Shown: positions 39,379 to 47,866 of the stretch, piece by piece
How positions within the stretch are numbered: position 1 is the first letter of the stretch
How the letters are laid out: every line of letters begins with the position of its first letter
Source of the DNA: a virus
Taxonomy: Duplodnaviria; Heunggongvirae; Uroviricota; Caudoviricetes
Direction: 5' to 3' (one strand)
Virus record (IMG/VR): IMGVR_UViG_3300033489_000001
Location: 286,023-350,022 of that record
DNA length: 64,000 bases
Notes under the pieces: model-generated
Told to the model about the DNA's origin: nothing
What the model saw: only the letters and a program-made list of their open reading frames with translations
Databases searched by the model: none
Made by a program: the position numbers and the translations under genes

Positions 39379-41088
39379 TCATTCCTGAGGTAACTCAAGC
39401 ATGAGATTAAATATGCTCTCTTGCGTTTGTTTGTCCTTTATCTTTGTCAAAACAAGATTTCGGTTTTTATCGTGTACAATATCAGATGGAATTTTTGCCT
39501 TTGCAAATGGTTGAGCATCAGGATTAAAAATGTCTTCAACGCGAAGTATTTGAACACGATCAAAAACCCGTCTATCCCCCTCCACCCCCGTAGTAAATGT
39601 CCCCTTAGCCTTAGCCGCCGCTATCATGCCCGGAGTAATATACCTATCCCAAGCCACAAAAAGTCCTACAACTGCATCAGCCTCGTCAACGCTATTACAA
39701 AAAGCGCGTACTGCCCCAATATCTGTGTACCCACCTTTTACTTGGATAACTCCGGGACGACTCTTTTTGTCTGCAAATCCAATAACTGTAATATCCCCGT
39801 CAATTCCCCCATCATGACTACTCTTTCTTGGGATTCCGTCAAAATAATTCACTACCCAACAAGAGAAGGGATAATGTTGCTCAGCCAACTTCTGAGCTTC
39901 CTCAATATCTGTCGGTATGAAACTTTCATCAATCCAACAACCTTCTCCAAAAGTAGCATCTAACCTTTCTTTCGCTTTTTGTGCTACTTTATGAGTCAGT
40001 TCCATACCTAACCATTTTCTATTCAACTTCTGAGCCGCTATGGCAGTAGTACCGCTCCCCAAAAATGGATCTAAAACAAGATCTCCTGGATTAGAGCTGG
40101 CTTTAATTATGAGTTCAAGTAAAGCTAGCGGCTTTTGCCCATCAAAAACCACACATTCTTTTGAGTTTGGTCGAACTTGAATAATATCAAGCCACACCCC
40201 TTGCATAACAACCCCCTTCTCGGGATCTTCGTCTACATAGCACTTATACATTGGATGCCCACGCATTAAAATAAAGCCTGCTTCATACGCTTGATCTAAC
40301 ATTTCTTGGGGGGTGCCCGTAAGTTCTTTCCCGGTAACTCTCTGATAATTCTCTTTAAGATTTCTGCTTATCATCCAACTGTAGCCTCTTCCGACCTCGG
40401 TTGGATCAATCCCTCTCCAAGGTAAGCTGCTAGGGCCATTACTGACTCCACGCCCCATTGGATCTGCCCATCTCCATTTACGTCCATCAGTATCAATCCC
40501 ATCCCAATGGTCTTTGTACTTCTGCGTTGCAGTATGATAAACTTTATTCCAAGTATAGTTATTACTCTTGGTATAAAGAAAAATCATATCGTGATCAGAA
40601 GGTATTCTTCGAGCGTTATTATGTGCTGAAGTCCTTTTCCAAATTACTTGGTTACGAAAATTTTCTTCCCCAAAGATTAAATCAAGAAACACTTTCAAGT
40701 AGTGACCCGCATGTTGGTCACAATGCAGCCACAAAGATCCTTTTGATGTTAGGACCCTCTTGCACTCCCATGCTCTAGGGACCATTTGGATGAGATAAGC
40801 AACCGTACCACAACGACCTTTTGCTTTATAGATGGCTGTCAAATATTCCGCTACAACATCAGCGCCAGGCGGTACATGCTCAATAAAATCTCTATACGTC
40901 TTCTCAGCCTTCTCCCCAAAATTCCAGGTGTCTTCGTAGGCCCACTCATGGGCCATACTTTCAACTACGGTAATATTGTAGTCTCTACCCGAGTTAAAGG
41001 GAGGATCTAAATAAATTAGATCCACGGAAGCATCAGGCATAGCTCTTAAAGATATGAGGTTGTCTCCGACTTTGATTTTTTCGGTCAT
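39379..41088 (-). CDS. N6/N4 DNA methyltransferase (beta class) fused to an Mrr-like restriction endonuclease domain
   Basis: YLDPPF, QKP..L, LDPFLGSGTT; C-terminal DGGIDG...IQVKGG. Confidence 0.9.
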   Translation of the reverse strand: MTEKIKVGDNLISLRAMPDASVDLIYLDPPFNSGRDYNITVVESMAHEWAYEDTWNFGEKAEKTYRDFIEHVPPGADVVAEYLTAIYKAKGRCGTVAYLIQMVPRAWECKRVLTSKGSLWLHCDQHAGHYLKVFLDLIFGEENFRNQVIWKRTSAHNNARRIPSDHDMIFLYTKSNNYTWNKVYHTATQKYKDHWDGIDTDGRKWRWADPMGRGVSNGPSSLPWRGIDPTEVGRGYSWMISRNLKENYQRVTGKELTGTPQEMLDQAYEAGFILMRGHPMYKCYVDEDPEKGVVMQGVWLDIIQVRPNSKECVVFDGQKPLALLELIIKASSNPGDLVLDPFLGSGTTAIAAQKLNRKWLGMELTHKVAQKAKERLDATFGEGCWIDESFIPTDIEEAQKLAEQHYPFSCWVVNYFDGIPRKSSHDGGIDGDITVIGFADKKSRPGVIQVKGGYTDIGAVRAFCNSVDEADAVVGLFVAWDRYITPGMIAAAKAKGTFTTGVEGDRRVFDRVQILRVEDIFNPDAQPFAKAKIPSDIVHDKNRNLVLTKIKDKQTQESIFNLMLELPQE

Positions 41089-41245
41089 AATTAGCCTTTC
41101 CAGAAAAGCTCAGTCGATAAGTGATTTAATTTGGAGACTTTCCTTTTTTATAAGCTTACGGATTGTCTCTAGTGGAGAAATGTGAAAGTGTTTAGAACAG
41201 GAACAATGGCGTTGTTCCTTTATGGTACTAATTACACCGAAAATA

Positions 41246-41518
41246 GCTTTGTCTGAAAGAAGTTCGATAATTCTTTTGTGGAAGGATTTCACACGCGGAT
41301 GTGATAGGAGCTATTAATTTGCTCAGACGTTCTGAGGATAAACAAATTAATGGCTATGATGATCCATCCGAGGTGAAAACTCTCTTGAGAGAGCGATTTC
41401 GTTTTAAACGAACCAGTTCCTTGAGAGGGTTAAACGAGCCTTATGGCTAGGCCGGAAGCTTACTACCAAGGGATCTCTTAAGAGACGTTGGCATAGCTTC
41501 AAATGCTAAAAACAAAGC
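41246..41518 (+). mobile_element. internally deleted derivative of the 21.8-23.3 kb tnpB element (left end + tnpB 3' end + omegaRNA)
   Basis: 41278-41527 is near-identical to 23050-23306; left part shares GATAATTCTTTT; GCTTTGT/ACAAAGC ends; flanked by CACCGAAAATA duplication. Confidence 0.85.
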
Positions 41519-41573
41519 CACCGAAAATAGGTGTAAGTATTCCTAGGAGTTTCCAAATAGAAAGAGTCCCTTC

Positions 41574-41786
41574 ATGCAAATCCCCATTAACGTCATTGGC
41601 TATGAAGAAACCAGGAAAATCGCTGTTACCTATGATAAAGTGACTGGTAACGCTCTTGATTCCAAGCCGGTTCCTGACAGTGAACAAGCCCACCTTGATT
41701 TAGAACTTCCGTCCGGGCACGTTATACGAGCTGAAGTCCCTTATATTGATTTTTTAAGGCACATTGCGCCATTGATTACAGAATAG
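41574..41786 (+). CDS. small hypothetical protein
   Basis: ORF downstream of a GGTGTA motif. Confidence 0.55.
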   Translation: MQIPINVIGYEETRKIAVTYDKVTGNALDSKPVPDSEQAHLDLELPSGHVIRAEVPYIDFLRHIAPLITE

Positions 41787-41926
41787 CTTGCTAGAAGTTG
41801 AGTCCCGAATAGCTACTTGATGGAGGTGTCCGTGGCTCCATTGATAAGCTTATCGGGGGCGGCGTAAGTTTTTTACCTACAAATCAACGCGATCCCTTTT
41901 GAAATCCTTGAATTTTTCCTCTCTCC

Positions 41927-41937
41927 GGTGTAGTAAT
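41927..41937 (+). promoter_or_regulatory. GGTGTA promoter-like motif (recurrent; see findings)
   Basis: GGTGTAGTAAT upstream of the SD and start of 41953; same hexamer precedes many gene starts. Confidence 0.55.
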
Positions 41938-41952
41938 AGATAAGGAGAGAAT

Positions 41953-44271
41953 ATGGAAAAATTCATTTTCATCATAACTTTAGTGATTCTTGGGGGTTGC
42001 GGAACGTCTAACCGTTTAGCTTCTCCTATAATAAATGAAGATGGAAGCACGCCGGACGAAGTTGTAACCGGTGACGCCTTTAATACATCAGATGGCGAAG
42101 TTTCCGAAGCGGCCGTCAACAAAGACGTAGAGGTTGTTGAAGCGGACCAGGATGCCGAGCCAAAAGATGCGGGCCAAGACTCAAGCTCCACGGATAGTCA
42201 AGTTTCTGACGCTGATGTAAAAGACGGCAGTCAAAATGTTGACAGCTCGGTCCAAGATTCAAGCTCCCTGGACGCTAATCAAGATTCAAGCTCCACGGAT
42301 GCTGGCCAAGACTCAACCACGCCGGACGCTAATCAAGATGCGGGTCAAGATGCCGCTCCAGTGTGCGTCCCGACCTGCTCGGGCCTTGTACCTCAGACTT
42401 GCAATGCTAACGGAAACCTCGTAAATGGCTCGCCTTGCCCTTATCTTTGTGCCGTTGGTTCTTGCATTGGCATTTGCACTCCTAATGATACTCAGTGCTC
42501 GGGCCTAAATTCGCAGACTTGTAACGCGGCCGGGCAATGGGTAACTAGCCAAACTTGCCCTTATACATGTTCGGGCGCTGGAGTTTGCAGTGGGAGTTGT
42601 GAAACCAATGCTACTCGATGTGACGGTAACAACTCTAAGACTTGTAACAGCTCGGGCCAATGGGAAACCACAGAAACTTGTCTTTACGTCTGTTCCGGGG
42701 CTGGAATTTGCTCAGGCTCATGTGTACCACAAACTACGCAATGCTCCGGTAATTACAATAATACCCCTCAGACGTGTGATGCTACCGGAAACTGGGTCTC
42801 AGGCACCACTTGTCCTTACGCTTGTATAAATGGGAGTTGTTACGGATCTTGTTTCTACGGAGCTACGCGCTGCTCGGGTAATGATTCTCAAACCTGTGGC
42901 TACGATATGCAATGGCATACCGATCATACATGCCCTTACGTTTGTAAAAATGGTGGGACTTGTTCCGGTAGTTGCGTTCCAGGGTCAAAACAGTGCAACG
43001 GAAACACCACTCAGACTTGTGACTCAACCGGTACTTGGCAGAATGTCTCAACTTGCCAGTTTATGTGCTCTAGCGGCTCTTGCACGGGCGTTTGCGTCCC
43101 CGGCAATACAATGTGCTCAGGGACTCAAATCCAGACTTGTAATGCCTCTGGGCAATGGAATACGGCTTCTAACTGTGCGGCGGTAGCCGGTGCCACTTCC
43201 TATTGCTCGAATGGGGCTTGTGAGTTCAACTGCAACCTCGATTACGATGACTGCGATGGCCTTCCCGGTAATGGTTGTGAGGTTAACCTAAATACGGACA
43301 AAGACAACTGCGGTCAATGCGAGCATAGTTGCTGCGGCGGGACTTGCGAGAATGGGAATTGTGGGATGTATGACACTGGGATTAATCCTGACAATACAGC
43401 CTATGATGTAGACTCAAACAACATTTACTGGTCTACGTCTACGGAACTCAACCAACGCCCACGTACCGGTGGTTCAACCACTGTGTTGGAAACAAATCAG
43501 CCTACAATCAAAGGTGTCACGGTGTCCGGGTCCAATGTGATTTGGAGTTGTGTAGGAACGAACCAAATCAATGGCGGCATCTTTTCTGAGCCAGTTGGCG
43601 GCGGAACGATGACCACTTATACTACGGAAGGTGACAAAGACTATATAACTGCTACAGCTAACGATATCTTCTATACGAGAGCCGACAAAGCAAGTGTTGA
43701 GTACGTTTCAAGGACGAGTAACTCTACGGGTGTGCTCCTTGGTAACACGCTTCCGGATGGCACTCCGGCTAACTTGACCTATGCCATTCCGTTTGTCTCG
43801 GACGGAACATACCTTTACACGAGTTATTCTAGCTATCCGACCGGCCAAAAGCCTATCGTGAAAGTTCCGGTGCATGGCGGCCAGATTACGACTTTTGCTA
43901 CTCCTACGACGCCGGGCTACTATCCTAATGGCCTCTCAATTGATAGCATCAATCTATACTATGTCCTTATCACTATCAATGGCTCAACAACTACTATGAC
44001 AGTTCAAAAACAACCTCTTGCCGGTGGCCCTGCTTCTTCCTTGACCCCGTCCAACTCGCAACTTGGAATATCTACAGCCACCGATGGAACTAATGTCTAC
44101 TATAGCACAAATAAGGCCATTCTAAAAGTTTCCACTAGTGGTAATACCCCTATTACGATTGCCACACTAAGCAGCACTACAACTATAAAAAACATCAAAG
44201 TCTCGAATCAATGTGTGTATTGGTATAACAGCTCGACCAGCACAATCCAAGCGGTAGCTGTCAATCCTTGA
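41953..44271 (+). CDS. myxobacterial-type lipoprotein: DAG-rich linker, Cys-rich repeats, C-terminal beta-propeller
   Basis: Lipobox ILGGC; ~7 repeats QTC...GxW...CPY.C; CDG...NGCE.NL.TD..NCG.C...C; VD..NIYW propeller blades. Confidence 0.85.
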   Translation: MEKFIFIITLVILGGCGTSNRLASPIINEDGSTPDEVVTGDAFNTSDGEVSEAAVNKDVEVVEADQDAEPKDAGQDSSSTDSQVSDADVKDGSQNVDSSVQDSSSLDANQDSSSTDAGQDSTTPDANQDAGQDAAPVCVPTCSGLVPQTCNANGNLVNGSPCPYLCAVGSCIGICTPNDTQCSGLNSQTCNAAGQWVTSQTCPYTCSGAGVCSGSCETNATRCDGNNSKTCNSSGQWETTETCLYVCSGAGICSGSCVPQTTQCSGNYNNTPQTCDATGNWVSGTTCPYACINGSCYGSCFYGATRCSGNDSQTCGYDMQWHTDHTCPYVCKNGGTCSGSCVPGSKQCNGNTTQTCDSTGTWQNVSTCQFMCSSGSCTGVCVPGNTMCSGTQIQTCNASGQWNTASNCAAVAGATSYCSNGACEFNCNLDYDDCDGLPGNGCEVNLNTDKDNCGQCEHSCCGGTCENGNCGMYDTGINPDNTAYDVDSNNIYWSTSTELNQRPRTGGSTTVLETNQPTIKGVTVSGSNVIWSCVGTNQINGGIFSEPVGGGTMTTYTTEGDKDYITATANDIFYTRADKASVEYVSRTSNSTGVLLGNTLPDGTPANLTYAIPFVSDGTYLYTSYSSYPTGQKPIVKVPVHGGQITTFATPTTPGYYPNGLSIDSINLYYVLITINGSTTTMTVQKQPLAGGPASSLTPSNSQLGISTATDGTNVYYSTNKAILKVSTSGNTPITIATLSSTTTIKNIKVSNQCVYWYNSSTSTIQAVAVNP
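44227..44271 (+). repeat. 45-bp direct repeat, copy 1 (3' end of the lipoprotein gene)
   Basis: NSSTSTIQAVAVNP-stop; 37/45 nt identical to 47751-47795. Confidence 0.85.
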
Positions 44272-45283
44272 CGTTAGGGACGCTAATTGAAAGCACATCG
44301 GGGATTTCAGCGAACTGTGGTATCTCTTGATCTAAGCGTTTCATGAAAACTTTCCAATTAGGTGCGTACTTCATAATCAACACTACTTTATCAAGATGAT
44401 GCCGCAGCCTTGATTGACCTGTGGTATCTGTTAGGCGCTGAAAAAGTCGATGTACTAAATTTCCTGATTCATCTCGAGGGGTCAGGCGACGAAGCTCAGC
44501 GAGGACTCCAGGTGCTAGCCGTTTGTAAACAATATTATTGGTCCAATGACCTATTACTTGTGGTTTCCCGTTTGAGGAATCGTTGTATTCCCAATTGTTT
44601 AAACGATAAATTTGCTGATAGAACTCCGGAGGAAATGTTCTAATCCAAGGGCGAAGTTCTTTAGCCACAAACGCCTCCAAAATTACAGTAAGTTCGTCAC
44701 GAGGTCGAAATTTTTGATAACCTGTGGCCTCATCAACTAAAGCAATAATGCCAACCGTAGCAAAACCATGTTGTAGTATCCGGCATCGTTCGGCAAGATG
44801 CTTTTGTTGGGATGCTAGCTTGCCCCTCATTCCCGCCTCGATAATGACATTACATATATCGGGGAGTATTGTTGCTTCATACCCATAAGCAATCTGCCCA
44901 TGAGGCGGAATAAATCTAATGGGAGAATCGCCGCGCGAATCTAAGTCTTTGATATCTATTCCTTTTTTACTCAAACGACCCATTAAAGTGACAACTCTCC
45001 GCGCACCCTTTTCACCACCACTGGTTGAAAGCCCAATCCCTACCTGAAGCCCTCTTTGAGAAAGCACTCGACGACCGTCCTCAAGGACATAGCAGGGGAT
45101 CTCAATAGTCCCTATGCGTAGGGGTCGATCAGGGGCTCCATATTTTGCTATCGCAGGGGGTTCCTTACCACTCCCAACCCATCGAGTTAGAGCGGCTTTG
45201 CTGGCAATTTCTGCTCGTCTCTCTGGTGTGAGATTACGGGCACGAGCTAAACCTCCAGATGATTTTTCAGCTATTGTAGGCAT
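44261..45283 (-). CDS. P63C domain protein (phage antirepressor-like)
   Basis: GG.ARA..LTPERR.EIA.KAA..RW; IPCYVLEDGRRVLSQRG; IIALVDEATGYQ; W..TFP.EFY. Confidence 0.9.
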   Translation of the reverse strand: MPTIAEKSSGGLARARNLTPERRAEIASKAALTRWVGSGKEPPAIAKYGAPDRPLRIGTIEIPCYVLEDGRRVLSQRGLQVGIGLSTSGGEKGARRVVTLMGRLSKKGIDIKDLDSRGDSPIRFIPPHGQIAYGYEATILPDICNVIIEAGMRGKLASQQKHLAERCRILQHGFATVGIIALVDEATGYQKFRPRDELTVILEAFVAKELRPWIRTFPPEFYQQIYRLNNWEYNDSSNGKPQVIGHWTNNIVYKRLAPGVLAELRRLTPRDESGNLVHRLFQRLTDTTGQSRLRHHLDKVVLIMKYAPNWKVFMKRLDQEIPQFAEIPDVLSISVPNVKD

Positions 45284-45383
45284 ATATTCTCCTCCTTAGT
45301 TGTAGAGAAAACATGTATACAACATGCTTTGAGAGAAGGCAACAAAAAAAATGCTTACTTTGAGGGAAAGCAAGATAAATTAT

Positions 45384-45411
45384 TTGACAGATACCTTTCT
45401 GATGGTAAAAT
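45384..45411 (+). promoter_or_regulatory. sigma70-like promoter
   Basis: TTGACA-16 nt-TAAAAT with TG extension, 8 nt before ATG 45420. Confidence 0.65.
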
Positions 45412-45419
45412 GAGGTAAA

Positions 45420-45629
45420 ATGAAAGACTTCCCGCTTGAACAATGGTTTGATTTAACTAAGAAAATCAGTAAAGACGATGTAACTGACTGCTTATCTCAA
45501 ATGATGCTTTATGCTTACAAAGATGGTTCAAAGCTTAAGGGTAAAGAATGGCAAGAGACTAAAAGAGAATTACGTCAAGCAGTCAAGATCCATAACTGTT
45601 CTTTGTACCTTAAAAATCATAACTCATGA
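45420..45629 (+). CDS. small hypothetical protein
   Basis: Promoter upstream; ATGA overlap with the next gene. Confidence 0.6.
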   Translation: MKDFPLEQWFDLTKKISKDDVTDCLSQMMLYAYKDGSKLKGKEWQETKRELRQAVKIHNCSLYLKNHNS

Positions 45630-46207
45630 AACAACCCAACAAACTTACGGCTCAACAAGTGGCTGAACGCTTCCAAAAACAAGCCATGCCCACAATCTTC
45701 TACCGGCTTACGGAAGAGATTTGCTGGGGGTTCTTTTCAGATGAACATCAACGAATGCATCTTCAAACCGTAGACTTAGAACATAAGACCAACAAGACCA
45801 AGATCCATGTATGGCTTGAAAATCTAGGCACACGCATATTTGAAGTTGCTCAATGCCCGAACGATCCTAAGTGCAAACAAGCGGTAAAAGACCTTCGGCA
45901 TAAACTCACTACAGAACGAGATGAAGTTGAAATTAAATGGACCGATCTAATGATCGAAAAGAACTGGATCAAAGCTGATTTACAAGGGAACCTTGTAGTA
46001 GTTACAGCCTACCCAAGGAGCAATACTAAGTTCACACGAACCGTGGACTTATGGCAAGAAGCTCCGGGCATGATGACGGACATAAAGCCAGGTGATCTCA
46101 AACAAAAAAATGTAAAGATTAAACGAGATATGGGGTCTTTGTCTGTGAGCGCTCTAGGTAGAGAGTTTGTAGATATCCGTTTAGATCATTTACTGTGGAT
46201 AGACTAA
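45626..46207 (+). CDS. tagged DUF4160-like protein with C-terminal extension
   Basis: QQVAERFQKQA then MPTIF...WGFFSDEHQRMHLQ...KIHVWL...W. Confidence 0.6.
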   Translation: MKQPNKLTAQQVAERFQKQAMPTIFYRLTEEICWGFFSDEHQRMHLQTVDLEHKTNKTKIHVWLENLGTRIFEVAQCPNDPKCKQAVKDLRHKLTTERDEVEIKWTDLMIEKNWIKADLQGNLVVVTAYPRSNTKFTRTVDLWQEAPGMMTDIKPGDLKQKNVKIKRDMGSLSVSALGREFVDIRLDHLLWID

Positions 46208-46224
46208 GTGGAAATGCCTACCAC

Positions 46225-46797
46225 ATGAAGCAATCTAACAAAATCGTCGCTAAATCTCTACTACGAATCATCGATGCTAAACCTTTAAAAGGCTTTGTAG
46301 TAGAGGCTCACCTTACAGATGGATCTATTCGAACTATAGACGTTACCTCTCTTCTTCAAGGTTATGGCCCTTTGCTCAAAGAGGTGCGCGAAAATCAAAA
46401 ACTATTTCGCCAAGTAAAAGCTGACCACGGAACCTTGACCTGGCCTAACGGCTTAGATTTCTGTCCGGACGTACTTCTAGAAACTAAAGTATTTCTTCAA
46501 GCTCGCCGAGTTTTAGCAAAATATTTCAAACAAGCTGCACCCCTTATTTGCAAATTTGAAGGGGCATCTGTTTATATCAATTCTGGGGATCACCCTCCAT
46601 TGCACGTTCATGTTAAAAAAGCTGAAGCTGATGCTTCGGTGGAAATCCTTACAGGAAAAATCATTGCCGGATCATTGCCGGTCTCACTAGAAAAAACGGC
46701 TAAAAGATGGCTGAAAAAACAACAGGCAGCCGTCCTAAGAGCCTATGCTCAAGTTCAGGCTGGACAATTACCTGATAAGGTACCGCCTCCAGATTAG
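46225..46797 (+). CDS. DUF2442-tag-DUF4160 fusion (DhiA/DhiT-like antitoxin and toxin domains)
   Basis: DUF2442: KPLKGF..TDG...D...LF..V....GTLTWPNGLDFCPD; linker RRVLAKYFKQA; DUF4160: G..VYINSGDHPPLHVHV...I.TG..IAGSLP. Confidence 0.8.
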   Translation: MKQSNKIVAKSLLRIIDAKPLKGFVVEAHLTDGSIRTIDVTSLLQGYGPLLKEVRENQKLFRQVKADHGTLTWPNGLDFCPDVLLETKVFLQARRVLAKYFKQAAPLICKFEGASVYINSGDHPPLHVHVKKAEADASVEILTGKIIAGSLPVSLEKTAKRWLKKQQAAVLRAYAQVQAGQLPDKVPPPD

Positions 46798-46815
46798 GCA
46801 AAAAACGAAATTAAA

Positions 46816-47310
46816 ATGATAATAAAGGACATTCCTAAAGGGCATAGTTGGGTCTTTATCACGTGTGGAAAAGATCAAAGAATGTGTCTTCAAAAAATTC
46901 CTCTTTATTCCAAGATTAAAGTCTGGCTTGAGGATTCTCACGGAAGACGAATTTTTAAGCCTGAAGGAAAGATATTGGCTAAAGTCTTGAAGGCTATTCA
47001 AGCTAAAGTAACTGCCGATCATCGAAAGATTGAGAGTGAATGGGTCAGAGTTATGATAGGTAAAGGCTGGCTTAAATTAAAATTAGAAGGCAGAGGGGTT
47101 AGAAGAAAAGCCATCTTGATAGCTTATCCTGATTCAGATCATTCTTTCAAACGTACCATAGAGTTGTCGGAATGGGGACCGCCTGAGACCTACGCAACTC
47201 GGCATGATGTAAAACTAGATATTGAAAATGCGGCGCTTATCTTAGATGCACAAAGAAGTGAGGATCGACAAATCTATCTAAGTCTGCCTAAAATCTTGTG
47301 GGTTGAGTAA
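46816..47310 (+). CDS. paralog of 45626..46207, without the tag
   Basis: Shared W.F...QRM.LQ...KI.VWLE..G.RIF...W...MI.K.W.K..L.G...AYP.S...F.RT..L. Confidence 0.75.
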   Translation: MIIKDIPKGHSWVFITCGKDQRMCLQKIPLYSKIKVWLEDSHGRRIFKPEGKILAKVLKAIQAKVTADHRKIESEWVRVMIGKGWLKLKLEGRGVRRKAILIAYPDSDHSFKRTIELSEWGPPETYATRHDVKLDIENAALILDAQRSEDRQIYLSLPKILWVE

Positions 47311-47341
47311 ACAGCACGGTTCAAGCGGTAGCGGTCAATCC

Positions 47342-47369
47342 TTGACCGGTATTTTCCCGATGGTAAGCT
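47342..47369 (+). promoter_or_regulatory. sigma70-like promoter, probably leaderless
   Basis: TTGACC-16 nt-TAAGCT with TG extension, 3 nt before ATG 47373. Confidence 0.55.
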
Positions 47370-47372
47370 AAA

Positions 47373-47747
47373 ATGATTATGCCAAAGAAACCTACAGCCC
47401 AACAAGTTACCGCTCGATTCCAACTAGAAGCTATGGCTAGCCTGCGGCCTCAGACAACCGGAATTGAAGGAGCTGTTGTTTGGGTATCAGTCGGTGAGTT
47501 TGCCGGTTCTGAAGCACAACACGGGCCGAGAATCAAAGTTGTAGTGGGTAGCAAACTCACGTCCGAAAGCCTAAAAAATTCCGTAACCGTAACTCTCACA
47601 AAACCTCCAAAATTAATCGGGACGTTACCGGGAAAAATCAAAAAACAAATTTTAGAATTTGTAGAAAAAAATCGTGAAGCTTTGCTCCAACACTGGAATG
47701 CCGAAATCGATTCTATAGAGCTAGGTAGACAATTGAAAAAAGTATAA
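47373..47747 (+). CDS. tagged DUF4160-related protein
   Basis: QQVTARFQLEA then MASLRPQTTG...VWVS...HGPRIKV...F...N...LLQHWN. Confidence 0.7.
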   Translation: MIMPKKPTAQQVTARFQLEAMASLRPQTTGIEGAVVWVSVGEFAGSEAQHGPRIKVVVGSKLTSESLKNSVTVTLTKPPKLIGTLPGKIKKQILEFVEKNREALLQHWNAEIDSIELGRQLKKV

Positions 47748-47750
47748 AGC

Positions 47751-47795
47751 AACAGCTCAACCAGCACTATCCAAGCCGTGGCTGTGAGTCCATAA
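47751..47795 (+). repeat. 45-bp direct repeat, copy 2 (displaced lipoprotein 3' end)
   Basis: NSSTSTIQAVAVSP-stop; differences from copy 1 mostly synonymous. Confidence 0.85.
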
Positions 47796-47866
47796 CTCTA
47801 ACTTCCCCGAAAAGGTCAGGGATTAAGTCCTTGACCTTTTTACTTTTAACCAATGGAACACTGACT

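Noticed and set aside
41110-41292. 60-aa minus-strand ORF
   Set aside because: Starts inside the antisense tnpB remnant; no evidence of function
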